Assembly: GCF_001194135.2 (NCBI RefSeq)
Contig: NC_069001.1
Span: forward strand, 32,702,190 to 32,766,189
DNA length: 64,000 nt
Reading direction: 5' to 3'
Source of the DNA: Octopus bimaculoides
Lineage: Eukaryota
In this document: one piece after another, positions 51,210-63,960 of the stretch
Layout of the letters: each line of letters starts with the position of its first letter
Position numbering within the stretch: the stretch's first letter is position 1
The notes under the pieces: generated by a model
The model's input: only the letters and a program-made list of their open reading frames with translations
What the model was told of the DNA's origin: nothing
Databases searched by the model: none
Made by a program: the position numbers and the translations under genes

Positions 51210-53740
51210 CACACACATATATGCACATCATATATATATATGTATATGTATGTACGTATATAAATGACAGGCTGCAGCTGTCACTGGCAAAGTCATTAAG
51301 TTGTTAGCTGAGCCATCGCAGAGTTAGTTCTACTGATGCTGTGATGTATCTTTGGTGACAGCATATAATTGTCAATAGTCTCCTCTCTGTTGACCACCTG
51401 GTTACTTGTAAAGAGGTAGAGTGGGAAGACATTGTTCTCTGATTGCTACTTGCACCATGTTTTATATATTTGGTAACAGCATATAATTCTCAATTGTCTC
51501 ATCTCTTTAGACATCCTGGCTACCTACGATGAGGTGTTTTTTGGAGGGCCTAGTTCTCTGATTTAGTATATCTGTGGGTCAGTGTCTTTTTTAGATGTAG
51601 TACATCAAGTGAGGTGTATGGCCTAGTGGTTAGTGAGTTGCAAACATGACCACGAAGTCATGGTTTTGCTTCTTGGACCATGTGTTGTGTTTTTGAGCAA
51701 ACTGCTTCATTTCATGTTGTTCTGCGATCACTTTGATATCTGACACAGAGCCCACCATTCATCTGTGCAGGCTTTGTCTGTTTGATGGGGAGGGAGTGAG
51801 CTCATGTACAACACAAACATTTGATCTTTATTAACAAATCACCTGTGCATGTTGTTCAATAAGAAGTTGCAAAATCCTCACCTGTTGTCTACAACAGGAG
51901 TCAAAAACCAGTAAGTACATCGAGGACTACATTATCCAGTGTAGTTTTCCTTTTTTTGTTTCTAACAGCAAGGTTTGAGTTGAAGGAGAGTTGGCTGTTA
52001 TTTTCTGTAAAGTGAACAACTTTGTAGATGCTTCCCCATTATGTTGTGTAGCGCTATGAATGGATGCAATATTTTTATTGTGAGAAGGCACAGTTTTCTG
52101 ATTCCTATTGGCATTATGGAAGTATCATTGGTAACAGCACATGATTCTAAGTCTTCCAGTCTATGCAGACCTATTTACATACCTGCAAAGGGCATAAGTT
52201 TCCGTTAGAGGTGATAGGAAATCTGTGTAACTGATGAGGACTTTGTTAGCTTGCTGTGAATACTGAACAACCAAATCAGATATGATTTAGTGATTAGAGT
52301 GTTTAGTTCATGATCTTAAAGTTGTGAGCTCTATTCCTGGGTCAGACAGTGCATTGTTTTTTTTTTTTTGAATAATGCACTCTATATTGCTCCAGCCTTT
52401 TCAGTTGTAAAAAAGTGCAACCCAGGTACTGGTGCAACTATGGCAGCATGTCAAGAGTATAAATATACTTCAAAGGCCATCAGAAAATGAATAATGGCAG
52501 TAAGACGTCACCAGCAGTTGTGGTAATGGGGGGTGATGTGTGTGTGAATGAGAGAAAGAGGGGGGGGGATGAAATGCACACATCAGTTGAGGTTGTTATT
52601 GATGGATATTTATATTATATTGTAGCTTGTACAGATGTTGTCTAGCCCTTATTTCACATGGAAAAATAAATATTAAAATGAGCGATTATTTATGGAATAT
52701 ATATTTGTGTGTGTATATGTATTTTTCATAAATTAATCATTTCCTGAGTGTCAAACTAATGCCCACTCTGTATTTACTTTTTATCTTTGTGATGTATTTT
52801 TTGTAACCTTTGCACCACAATTGCATGTAAATATCTGTGTAGGTGTTTGTGTCTCTTTGCCTCGACATCACTTGATAGTTGTAAATGAACATCACTGTTA
52901 TACAAGCAGTGTCATTCATTTCTAGTAATTTGCAAGAACATGTCTGGCAATGAAGAAATATTACCTTGTTGGGAAACAGGTGAGGGTTGGCGACCGGAAG
53001 GGCATCTCGCCATAGAAAATCTCCCTCAATAAACTTTGTCTGACCCATGTAGGCATGGAAAAGTGGATATTAAAATGGTGACGATGATAAAACAATGATA
53101 TATGTATGTGTAAGTGTGACTGTTTGTATATTTGTATTTCCTTGGCTTGAAATAGCACGAAATCATCATTATCATTGTCTGTCTGTCTTCCATGCCGGCA
53201 TGGGTTGGATGGTCTGACAGGGGCCAACCAGGTTTCTGTGTCTGTCTACGCATGATTTTTATGACTGGTGTTAGGATTCCCTTCCTAACACCAACCACCC
53301 TGCAGAGTGGACTGAGTGCTTTCTATGTGGCACCAGCACAGGCGAGGTCAGTTTTGGCAAGAGTTTTTACGGCTGGATGCCCTTCCAAATGCCAACCACT
53401 TCACAGTGTGGATCAAATGTTTTTTAAATAGCAACTGCACTGGCAGAGTCACCAAGTTACTTTGCAAGACAAAGAATTTTGAGAGGGGAGGGGACTTTGG
53501 AGGAGGTAATCTTGTGTGAGATGATGAAAGATTTGAGTGTGACATAGAGACAGAGACAGAAACAGGTGTCTTGGTATAGAGGAGGTACATGGTTACCTTA
53601 TCCAAGAGAGAGATAGGAAGAGAGGAGGAGGGAGAGAGAGAGAGAGAAGTAACAAGAAAGAAGACAAACAGGTGTGCAAAGAGTTATTATATAATAATAA
53701 TATATGTCAGTGGTAATTTTGCTCTTATTTTTTCCTACAG

Positions 53741-53956
53741 ATTACACTGGGCCGTGCTACAAAGGACAATCATATTGATGTGAACTTATCATTAGAAGGA
53801 CCAGCTTGGAAGATCTCGCGGCTACAGGGCATCATCAAACTCCGACACAACGGAGACTTTTTTATAGCTAATGAGGGCAAAAGACCTATTTATGTTGACA
53901 GTAAACCAGTACCGACTGGTAGTAAACAGAAACTAAACAACAACGCTGTAGTAGAG
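53741..53956 (+). CDS. MCRS1: MCRS1 coding exon 11 (FHA domain)
   Basis: ITLGRATKDNHIDVNLSLEGPAWKISRLQGIIKLRHNGDFFIANEGKRPIYVDSKPVPTGSKQKLNNNAVVE. Flanked by cag and gttagt. Confidence 0.98.
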
Positions 53957-54199
53957 GTTAGTGTCCTTATATTTCTTTCACACTTGTTTGATAAAAGTCC
54001 TTTGTGATTGTTGAATGTTGACACTTTGAAGTAATGTTCATCTTATGTTGTCATTATGGCCGGTGGAGTATAGGTTCACATATCCTTGGGTTGATATTGA
54101 AAGACTAGTTTCATAAAACCAGTTTAGTGATGTCGATGTATTGCTTGACTGGTTTCATGACTGTCTTGAGACACTACTAGTCTCATTTTATTACGCTGT

Positions 54200-54562
54200 G
54201 TTGACACACTGCTAGTCTGACCTCATGACCTTATGTTGATACAATGCTAATCTGACCTCATGGCCCTATATTGACACTGCTAGACCGACCTCATAACCCT
54301 ATATTGACACAATGCTAGTCTGACCTCATGACCCTATGTTGACACATTGCTAGACTGACCACATGACTCTATATTGGCATACTGCTAGTCTGACCTCATG
54401 ACCCTATGTTGGCACAATGTTAGTCTGACCTTGTGACCCTCTGTTGACACAATACTAATCTTACCTCATTACCCTCTGTTGATACAATGCTAGTCTGACC
54501 TCATGTTGACACAATGCTAATTTGACCTCATGACCCTCTGTTGACACACTGCTTGACTGACT
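54200..54562. repeat. 35-bp minisatellite, ~11 units
   Basis: Consensus gttgacacaatgctagtctgacctcatgaccctat. Period 35 (54321, 54391, 54426). Confidence 0.92.
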
Positions 54563-55089
54563 TTCTAAGACCTTGTTGCTATTACTTTATATCAGTATAT
54601 TGGACAGCGTAGTTGGTATTGACATTATTTGTGGACTAGTTTCCTCAATTCATAATGTTAATTTGGAGGTCAACTCTGATTGGGCAGATCTCTGATCAAA
54701 TGCATTCCAGGCATGACCATCCTGACTGTTTAGGAGTATGTAGAACATCATTTTTGTTTTTAATATATTTCAAATGCTATAGTGTGATTTGAGACATTTT
54801 TGGTTGCTGTTTCTATGAGATCAGGTGACCACATAAAACTACCTATTTCATTGTTGCTGAACCCTAGGCCATCTCTGATTGAGATGGTTTATGATTGATG
54901 ATTCCACCCAATACCATCAAGGCTTTTCATAGGATTCTTTAGTCAATCTACCTTTCTCTAAAATGAATGACTTTTTTTTGCTCATCATGTGTTTGTGTTA
55001 GTATTTGTCCCCCATCACTACTTGACAACTGGTGTTAGTGTGCTTACGTCCCCTAACTTCATGTATGTATGTATGTGTGTGTGTATATG

Positions 55090-55130
<41 letters not shown>

Positions 55131-55956
55131 TTTCCCTCCACTGCTTGGCAGCTGTTGTTGGTTTGTTTATATCTATGTAACTTAGCAGTCCAGCAAAAGT
55201 GATCAATAGAATAAATACCAGGCTTAAAAAAAAAAAGGTAATTCATTCAGCTAAAAATTCTTCAAGGCAGTGCCCCAGCATGGCCACAGTCTACTGGTTG
55301 AAACAAGTAAAAGATAAACGGTTAAAACAATGATGAAGATGATATGTTTGTACATTATGTCATCATCTTCATCATCGTCATCATCTTCATCATCGTCATC
55401 ATCTTCATCATCGTCATCATCTTCATCATCGTCATCTTTTAATATTTGTCTAAGGCAGCAGGCTGGCAGAACCATTAGCACACCAGGTGAAATGTTTAGT
55501 GGTATTTTATCTGTCACTACATTCTGAGTTCAAATTCTGCTGAGGTCAACTTTACCTTTCATCCTTTCAGGCTCGATAAATTAAGTACCAGTTACATACT
55601 GGAGCTGATCAGTCTGTCTATCCCTATCTTTCACATTATTAGGTAATGTTTAGCTGCTATTTCTAGCTGGTCAGTCAGCCATATGGAGACTGTCTTGTTG
55701 GCTTGTTTTATAGTATTTTATTTAGTTCCAAGACTAACATACCACAAAAGCATTCCATCTTTTTTTTTCTGTCTTCTGTCTGTATCTTGGACTACATCAT
55801 CTGGTGTATGCCTCCCTTATTAAAGAGTAGAGGAGAATTGGTGTTTTCATAGAAGGTTCCCTCTTTCAGTTTTTCTTTGTCTTTGCTTCCTAAAAACATC
55901 CAGACTATTTCAGAATCAACCAGTCTTCCAATCTTGTGTATTTTTTTCCCTTCCAG

Positions 55957-56052
55957 ATATCGTGTTTGCGGTTCATTTTTCTAATTAACCAAGACCTTGT
56001 GAATGTAATTCGTGCTGAGGCACAGAAAATGGCTGGCCCCCACGGGACGTGA
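55957..56052 (+). CDS. MCRS1: MCRS1 last coding exon
   Basis: ISCLRFIFLINQDLVNVIRAEAQKMAGPHGT* corresponds to the LRFxFLINQDL..IRAEA C-terminus. Acceptor cccttccag. Confidence 0.97.
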   Translation: MSCLRFIFLINQDLVNVIRAEAQKMAGPHGT

Positions 56053-56249
56053 CAGCGGCTCAATATTCAGCACAAAAAACACATGAAAGCAATGTCAAAC
56101 TAGACACAAGATGGCCCCAGCGATATATCATCATAAAGACATTCTCATAGCCACATCCTCCGGCCAGCTTTTCCAATCATAGACATACCTGCATACAGAC
56201 ATATGTCTCTGTGTGGGATAAAATAAGATATATCTACATATAAACATAC

Positions 56250-56445
56250 ATATATAGAAATACATCATACAAATATAGAATGTGTATGTGTATATAAATA
56301 TATGTGTGTATGTGAGTATATATGTGCGTGCGTGTGCGTTGTGTGTGTATGTATATATATATATATATCTGTGTCTGTGCTTGTTAATGTATAAATATAT
56401 ATTTCTTATATAAGTTTTGTGAATATTATACATTAGGAATGAATG

Positions 56446-56477
<32 letters not shown>

Positions 56478-56595
56478 ATGTGTGTATATAGAATTTTTTC
56501 ATATGTATTATATACATTACATTACATATATATATAGTCTATATGTACTTTATACAATCTAGATGTATGTGTTTGTAATAGGGACATAAGTTTTT

Positions 56596-56687
<92 letters not shown>

Positions 56688-57056
56688 CATTCATATGCAC
56701 CTATCCTAGATATATTATAAATATATATGTATATAATTCGTATTCTGTACACATGCAGTATATATAATGTGTATTCTTTCTATACAGTACACACGCACAC
56801 ATATATTTACTATATATCTGTTTATATATGTAATATAATCAGACTACATATATGTATTCTCTCTCTCTATGTATACACATAGCCACACACGCACACACAT
56901 ATATATATACTCCCACCCATACTTTAACTTATATGTATGTGTAATATATATGTATGTACATGTATGTGTAATATATATGTGTATATAATATATGTATGTT
57001 TGATATATGTGTATATAATATATGTGTATATACTATATATGTATGTATTATATATA

Positions 57057-57090
<34 letters not shown>

Positions 57091-57095
57091 ATTAT
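56250..57095. repeat. Long compound (TA)/(TG) microsatellite region
   Basis: Directly visible, including a pure (TA)n run at ~56595-56680. Confidence 0.95.
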
Positions 57096-57569
57096 GTGTG
57101 TTTAAATTGCAGAAAAAAAAAACTATAATAAATTTCACCCCTTTTCCTCCATATCTAAATAAGACAAAAGGAAGAAGAAAAAAAATGCCTTTTTCTTAAG
57201 TGACTGAAAACACTAATGGCAGAGTCCAGAAAATTTACATTTAATAACAAGAATTATTTTTAAAATTTGTCTGGAGTTTGATTTAGTACTAAGTTGCTTT
57301 TGTTCTCTCAACAGGAAAGAGATTTCCCCTTGCAGGAGACCCCTCCTCAGCTGTTCTGTTGCGTTGAATTAGTCTTGTAATTAACCCCCCCCCGNNNNNN
57401 NNNNTTTTTTTTTTTTTTTTTTTTTTTTTTTTGGTATTGTATGTAAGTGCACTGTAGTAGCTGGATATTGGTGGCCTCTCATAGACATGCATTTCCCATC
57501 AATATCTCTAGCAAACCTTCTTAACAACCTATCACTGTTCCCCGGTGTCTCTTTAGAATTTAGGGCTGT

Positions 57570-58480
57570 ATGATGTGCATATATTACTCAGCCTGTCAGC
57601 TGTTAGCTGTCTCTGAAGTACTCTACATACTGCTCATGTCAACCGATGGCTGTTGGAAGTATTCCTTATAATATATGGTCCCCTCAGCTAACAGATATGT
57701 GAAGTACTCCTTGCAATGGACCATATCACCTGATAGCTATGTGAAGTACTCCTTATCCTGGTTGTTTCAGCTGATAGCTACTTGAAATACTCCATGTAAC
57801 TGGTCCTCTCAGGTAACAGATATGTGAAGCACTCTTTACAATGGATCATATTCTCTGGTGGTTAAGTGAAGTAGGCCTTACACTACTTGTATCAGCTGAT
57901 AGCTGTTTGAAGTACGCCTTATAAATGATCCTGCCAGCTAATGGCTATGTGAAGTACTCATTTCAAATGGTCCTACCTAGTGGTATTTGAAGCGTCCCTT
58001 ACCATTGCACATGTCAGCTGCATAGTACTCCTTACAGTTAGTCCTTTACTAAAGGGCTGTGTGACCTATGTCTTAGAACTAGTCCTGGCAGCCCTTGATC
58101 TTGTGAAGTACCCTTTATAACCGGGCCTATAAGTTAATGGCTTTGTAAAGTACTCTTTATAACTGGGCCTGTCAATTGACTTTTTGAAGTACTTTTTATA
58201 ACTTAGCCTCTCAGTTAATGGCTTTGTGAAATACCCTTTTGTAACTGGGACTATCACCTAATAGCTTTGTCAGGTACCCTTTACAACTGAGCCTGTCAGC
58301 TAATGACTGTGAAGTATTGTTCACAACTTGGTTTCTCATCCATAGGCTGTGAGAAGAAAAGTTCTCTATTGAGCCTTGTCAGCTTATTGCTGTTAAGAGC
58401 TTTTTTACAGCTGGATCTTCTCAAGTAATGGTTCTATAAAAGATTTCTTGCAGCTGGGCCTATATTAGTGAATGAGCTGT
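57570..58480. repeat. Degenerate ~39-42-bp minisatellite, ~20 units
   Basis: Consensus gtgaagtactccttataactgggcctgtcagctaatggcttt. Unit starts include 58103, 58145, 58184 and 58226. Confidence 0.85.
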
Positions 58481-61400
58481 TTAATGGCTGTGGATAAGAT
58501 GGATTAAAAAATTTTTTTTTTATCATTGAATTGATCGTGGATACTATCTTTTAAATTCAAAGTAAATGTGCAATGGACACTGGGAGTGTTATCTGATAAC
58601 AGGCTATGAATAATCTCTTATAGAACCAAATTTGTCAACTGGTGGCTACTATTGCTCTGTCTTATTGAAAGCAAACTTGTCAACCAGTGGTGTCTCTCTC
58701 TTAGAAGTAGACTGGTCAATCGTTGGTTGTCAGTGGTCTTTTATAAGACCAAACTTGTCAACCAATAGGTTATTAACCATTAGCATTTACATAACTCGGT
58801 CAAATGTAATGATTATTTATTCACATGGTTTTGAATTAAAATTATGCATTATCTCATACTTTGAAATACTGATGAGGTGATTTATTTTTTTTTAAATGAC
58901 ATTGTATGGTAGATGTGAGAGGCCAGATCTAGCTGGTTTGAACATAAAACTGGTAGAATATTTGGACTAGATACAGCCAGTTTAAAAGCTAAAGGGCTGA
59001 TGATCTTAGAGCCAAACTTAGACAATAGCCAGTGACTGGTGGCTCTCATCATAGTAAAACCATGTCAGCACCGGTTGGCAACTTACTTGGGCCAACTAAT
59101 CTCTACATTTACTTGTTACCCATTTAAGTAATTAAAACTCCATTGCACGATATCTAACAGCAGTTTGTGGCTGGCTGCACTTGTCTTGTTGTAGTTCCTT
59201 GAGCTTCTTAACGTGCAGTCTCCACTGGTTATAATCTTGTGGGCATGTATGTGTCATTTGTTGTTGTGTTTGTTTGTTGACAGTGTATTTAGTTTTGTTC
59301 ATTTTAATCCCTGTCTTGATCCCAAATATTGCTCTGTAACGCCAAATGTTTGTATGTATGTATGTCTATATGTAATTGTGTGTGTGTGTGTGGGTGCTTT
59401 CGTGTTGTTGTCTCCCCCTACTCAGCTCTTCAGGAGCTGAGATAATATTATGCATGTGCTGTTTCTAAGATTTAACACAAACATTTGGCCCTTAACTTTT
59501 TATAAGGGCCGTAGGAAGTTTGATCTTGATGGAGAATTGGCTGCTATAGTTAATTAGTTCAAATGATTACATAAAACCTCTCTTGCCTGCTCATCTGTAT
59601 GTGTGTGTGTGTGTGTGTATATGTGTCTGTTTTTATCATTTCATTTATGGGGTTGGCATCACTTTAACTATTAGTCTGGTATTCTCCTGTGCCTTGGTCT
59701 TTTTGTTGTTGTAAATTCTTTGTTTTTTATATATATATATATATATTTAAAAAAAATATACTAAAAAAAAAAAGCCCAAACAAAATCCATGAAAATCTCA
59801 TTTCAAATCTGATCACACCTCATCCTCAAACTCAATCACCTCTCATTACTCTAAACTCCAAACTAAATGATCTCTTTCCGAAATATATGTGCCTCTCGGA
59901 GTGTCCGTGCGTCTCAAACGAAAAAAAAAAAAGAAAAAATACAAAAAAGTCTGTACTTTTTATGTGTTTGTGTCTGTTTTACTATTTGTTTGTTATTATT
60001 TTTTGTCAATCAAACTCTAAAGACGTTTTCTTTATTTTGCATTTTTTATTTTTCTTATATGAAATTTTTTTTCTCAACTTTAACCTCAATTTTTATTTAT
60101 TTAAAATAGATTTTTAACATTTTTTTTTCAAATATCCTCCCCCAAAACTTATTTTTTACTGCACTTTAAACATTTGTAAAAGTTTTTATTTACTATATAA
60201 ATCAATGAAATTTCAAAAATGTGAATGATAAAATGTTTTTTTTATTATTGTTTTTCATTATTATTATTATTATTATTTCAATTTAACCTTCTGTTGCATT
60301 TACATATCTTTATTTTGTTTTTACTTTATTTAATTTTGCATTCACACTTTTCAAACTGAAACAAGAACGTACGCAAAAAATTATATTAAGACTATGATGC
60401 ACAGCTCTGGCAATGTTTTGACTCTATAAACACACAGACACACACACAGACATCTATGTGCACACCAGGTCCCTTCTACACTTTCTTAAATACACATCTG
60501 TACTTTTACTAAAGTATTTGATATTTACCTTGTGTAAGAAAATTATTAAGGGTTTCTAGTTGTTGGTGAATAGTTCCATTCGTCTTCCTAAGAGCAAACC
60601 TTGTACATCAGTGTTTCTTAATCAGGGATTACATTAAACCCTGGCATTTCACAAGTTGTTTAACCCTTTTGATACCAAACTGTCCAAGACTGTTGCTTGG
60701 CTCTATGATATAAACTTCTTGTTTTATAGTGATCTAAATTAAAACATTTCATCAAAATTTCATCTAAATTTATGTCTCAAACACCATCTTAATAATGACA
60801 AAGTTATTTTACCAAATTCTTTGTTATTTCCGAAAGTTAATTGAAAAGAATGTATTTGCAGTGGATGTTTTTTTTTTTAATGCCATCCCCCCCCCCCCCC
60901 AAGTTTTAAAAGTATGTGAAGTGGAAATGAAATGAAAATCTATGTATGAAGAAATATTACCTTGCTTGGAAACAAGTGAGGGTTGGTAATAGGAAGGGCA
61001 TCCAGCCACAGAGAATCTGCTTTAAAACTCTTTAGCATTCACATTATTCTGTGAAAAGCAATGCTTATTTATTCACATTGTTTTAAAATTAATCATGCAT
61101 TATCCTGTAGCTTTGAGATTTTGATGAGGTAACTTAATTTCTAGAATTATATTGTAGAGTTGGTGTGAGAAGCCAGATCTGGCCATTTTGAACATAAAGC
61201 AGCTAGAATATTTTGGCTGGATGTAACTGATTTAAATGCTAAAGGGTTGATAAACTCTGTGTGACTCCATGCAAGCATGGAAAAGTGGATGCTGAAACGA
61301 CAAAGATGTTGAAAGCAAATACTTTGAGATGAGGAGGAGGTGAAGGAGAAAGAAATTACCATTAGAGGTTCAGAAGATCATATCCTATCACAAACCCACA

Positions 61401-61728
61401 GAAAGAACCAGTTAGATATTTAATGGTAGTCTCTTGAGTCCAAGAAAGACATTTTCTACAAACTGCATAGATGATTTGTTTATTGTGATCAAGTGTTTTC
61501 ACATTGCTTGGACAAGTGCCTGGTGTGCCACATGTCAGATGTTGAAGTGGTGTCAGAGCAATGTGTGATGGGGTATTTAGCTCAAGAACACATTACACTA
61601 CCCAAGTTAGGATTCAAACCCATGATCTCAGGATCATGAGTGCTACGTCCTAACCACTAGGCCATGCACCTTCACTTCAGTTTAATATCAGGATTGATTA
61701 AACCAACTGCATCTTTTCCGAAACTTAT

Positions 61729-62141
61729 GGTGTAGGAGTGGCTGTGTGGTAAGTAGCTTGCTTACCAACCACATGGTTCCAGGATCAGTCCCACTGCGTG
61801 GCACCTTGGGCAAGTGTCTTCTACTATAGCCTCGGGCCAACCAAAGCCTTGTGAGTGGATTTGGTAGACGGAAACTGAAAGAAGCCCGTCGTATATATGT
61901 ATATATATATATGTATGTGTGTGTAAATGTTTGCGTGTCTGTGTTTGTCCCCCCAACATTGCTTGACAACCGATGCTGGTGTGTTTACGTCCCCGTAACT
62001 TAGCGGTTCGGCAAAAGAGACCGATAGAATAAGTACTAGACTTCCAAAGAATAAGTCCTGGGGTTGATTTGCTCGACTAAAGGTGGTGCTCCAGCATGGC
62101 CACAGTCAAATGACTGAAACAAGTAAAAGAGTAAAGAGTAT
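61729..62141 (+). mobile_element. Young full-length family A SINE
   Basis: Near-identical by eye to the reverse complement of 47292-47716, with the same tail. Confidence 0.9.
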
Positions 62142-62483
62142 ATGTGTGCTTGAGAAGACTCGTCAAACCAACTGAAATTGTAGTTGTGGCCGATGCCGGT
62201 GTCGTGTAACTGGCATGTAAAAAGCACCTTTCAAACATTGGGCCTAACGGGGGCAATGATAAGTGACCTCGGCCTTTGGTGATGTGCCATACTTGAGAAG
62301 ACTCTTCAAGCCAAGTGAAATCATAGTTGTGGCTGATGCTGGTGTCACGTAACTGGCACCTGTTCAACCAGCATGTAAAAAGTTTGGTTTTGTATTGTTG
62401 CCCATTACTGTGTCTGTAGCCAAAAATCCTTAACTTTCAAAGAATTAATCCACCAAGTTGTTGTTCAGCCCCTTCAGTCCACT

Positions 62484-62907
62484 CTGATCAAGTAGACCTT
62501 GGATCAAAACATTCTATCTATAACTGTCCCTTATTATTTTCTATCTGTCCTGGATTACACAGTGTCTCCTTCAGATAAGGTATAGCTTGATGATAATTTG
62601 ACTGCTGTTTCTAGCACAGTATGCAATCTGATCAAGTGCACCATGGATCAAAACATTCCATCCATAACTGTCCCTATTATTTTCAATCTGTCCTGGAATA
62701 CTCAATGTTTCTTTCAGATAAGATATGGTTTGAGGATAATTTGACTGCTGTTTCTAGCACATCATGTAATCTGATCAGGTGAACCTTGGATCAAAATATT
62801 CCATCCCTAACTCTCCCTTGTTATTTTCAATCTGTCCTGGAATACACAATGTCTCCTTCAGGTAAGATATGGTTAGAAGATAGTTTAACTGCTGTTTCTA
62901 GCACAGC
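62484..62907 (+). repeat. Three tandem ~144-bp copies derived from family D
   Basis: ctgatca(a)g...ggatcaaaacattc...actgctgtttctagcac starts at 62484, 62628 and 62771. Confidence 0.9.
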
Positions 62908-63529
62908 ATGCAGTCATATAAAAGCTGTCACTGCTGTAACTGTAAATCATCTCTGACAGGATGTCTGAGTGAGTGTCTCTGCGTCTGCTCATCACCACAT
63001 GATGACCTCAAGCAAATTTATGGAAGCATGAGACACGCTGTCCAGCTGTCCAATCGTACTCCACTTGTGAGTGATGGTCGCTGTTGGTTTGGACATTGTT
63101 ACAGCAGACACTGATGGAGGGTGAGGGAGTTCCAGAGGGATAGAAATGGGGGAGGAGGATTGTAAAACCAGTTATGTCTCAAACTGCCCCCACTAAAAGG
63201 GGCAGAAATGAGACAATATCAGGAGGGATGGGGGAAGATTACACTGAATAAGACGAGAGGGAATTAGTTCACTGCTTTTATTCTTTTCTTTTTACTTGTT
63301 TCAGCCCTTGGCTTGCGACCATGGAACCTCCCTGAAGAGATTAGGCGCACAAATCAATCCTAACACTTATGTTTTGTTTTAAAGACTGTTACTTATTTTA
63401 TTGCCCTCCTTTTGCTGGATTGCTAAGTTACAGGGTTACAGAGATGTAAGTAAACCAAGACTGGTTGTCAACTGGTAGGGGACAGACACACACACACACA
63501 CACACACATGGTAGGCTTTCACACAGTTT

Positions 63530-63786
63530 TTCTTCACTGAAGACTTCACTCAAGCGAGCAATTGATAAAATGGAAAAAGAAGAAATAGTTAAGGCATGCA
63601 AATCATCTCTTAAACGGATTGGACTGGTAAAGAAAGCAAATGGTGGTCCCATTGAGCTGAAATAAGTGTTAAACACTCCACAACAAATTAGCATAAACAT
63701 AACATTTGCAATGTTTGATTTTTCCAAGTTATATCAATTATAATAAAGATATTTAAATGATCTCAATTTACCTGTTATATACCCTG

Positions 63787-63788
<2 letters not shown>
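63530..63788 (+). mobile_element. Tc1/mariner 3' remnant
   Basis: SLKTSLKRAIDKMEKEEIVKACKSSLKRIGLVKKANGGPIELK* resembles a transposase C-terminus (KAC.SF..R...V..ANGG.IE). The 3' terminus accctg-ta is at 63781-63788. Confidence 0.7.
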
Positions 63789-63868
<80 letters not shown>

Positions 63869-63960
63869 TATACATACTGATGATGTATATACAAATACAT
63901 GTGTGTGTGTATGCATAGACACATGCACACACATATATGCATACATCATATATACACACA

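Larger units (their letters stand above)
34057..56052 (+). other. MCRS1: MCRS1 gene span (12 coding exons, 1311-nt CDS, 436 aa)
   Basis: Exon lengths 228+39+93+110+109+139+76+29+93+83+216+96 = 1311. All introns are GT-AG with matching phases. An in-frame TGA at 34045 fixes the ATG. 5'UTR acceptor candidates at 33910 and 33921. Confidence 0.97.

Noticed and set aside
55251-55527. Acidic DDDEDDD / poly-Ser ORFs
   Set aside because: An 18-bp catcttcatcatcgtcat repeat between two SINEs, with no splice context that fits MCRS1.
34285-55956. U12-type introns in MCRS1
   Set aside because: All 11 donors are ordinary U2-type GT sites, and none reads GTATCCTT or ATATCCTT.
57395-57432. Poly(T) run as the poly(A) tail of a retrocopy
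   Set aside because: It abuts an N gap and a poly(C) run. No recognisable parent sequence or TSD.
59690-60430. 3'UTR-like AT-rich stretch suggesting a convergent gene end
   Set aside because: Composition only. No coding exon was found to anchor it.
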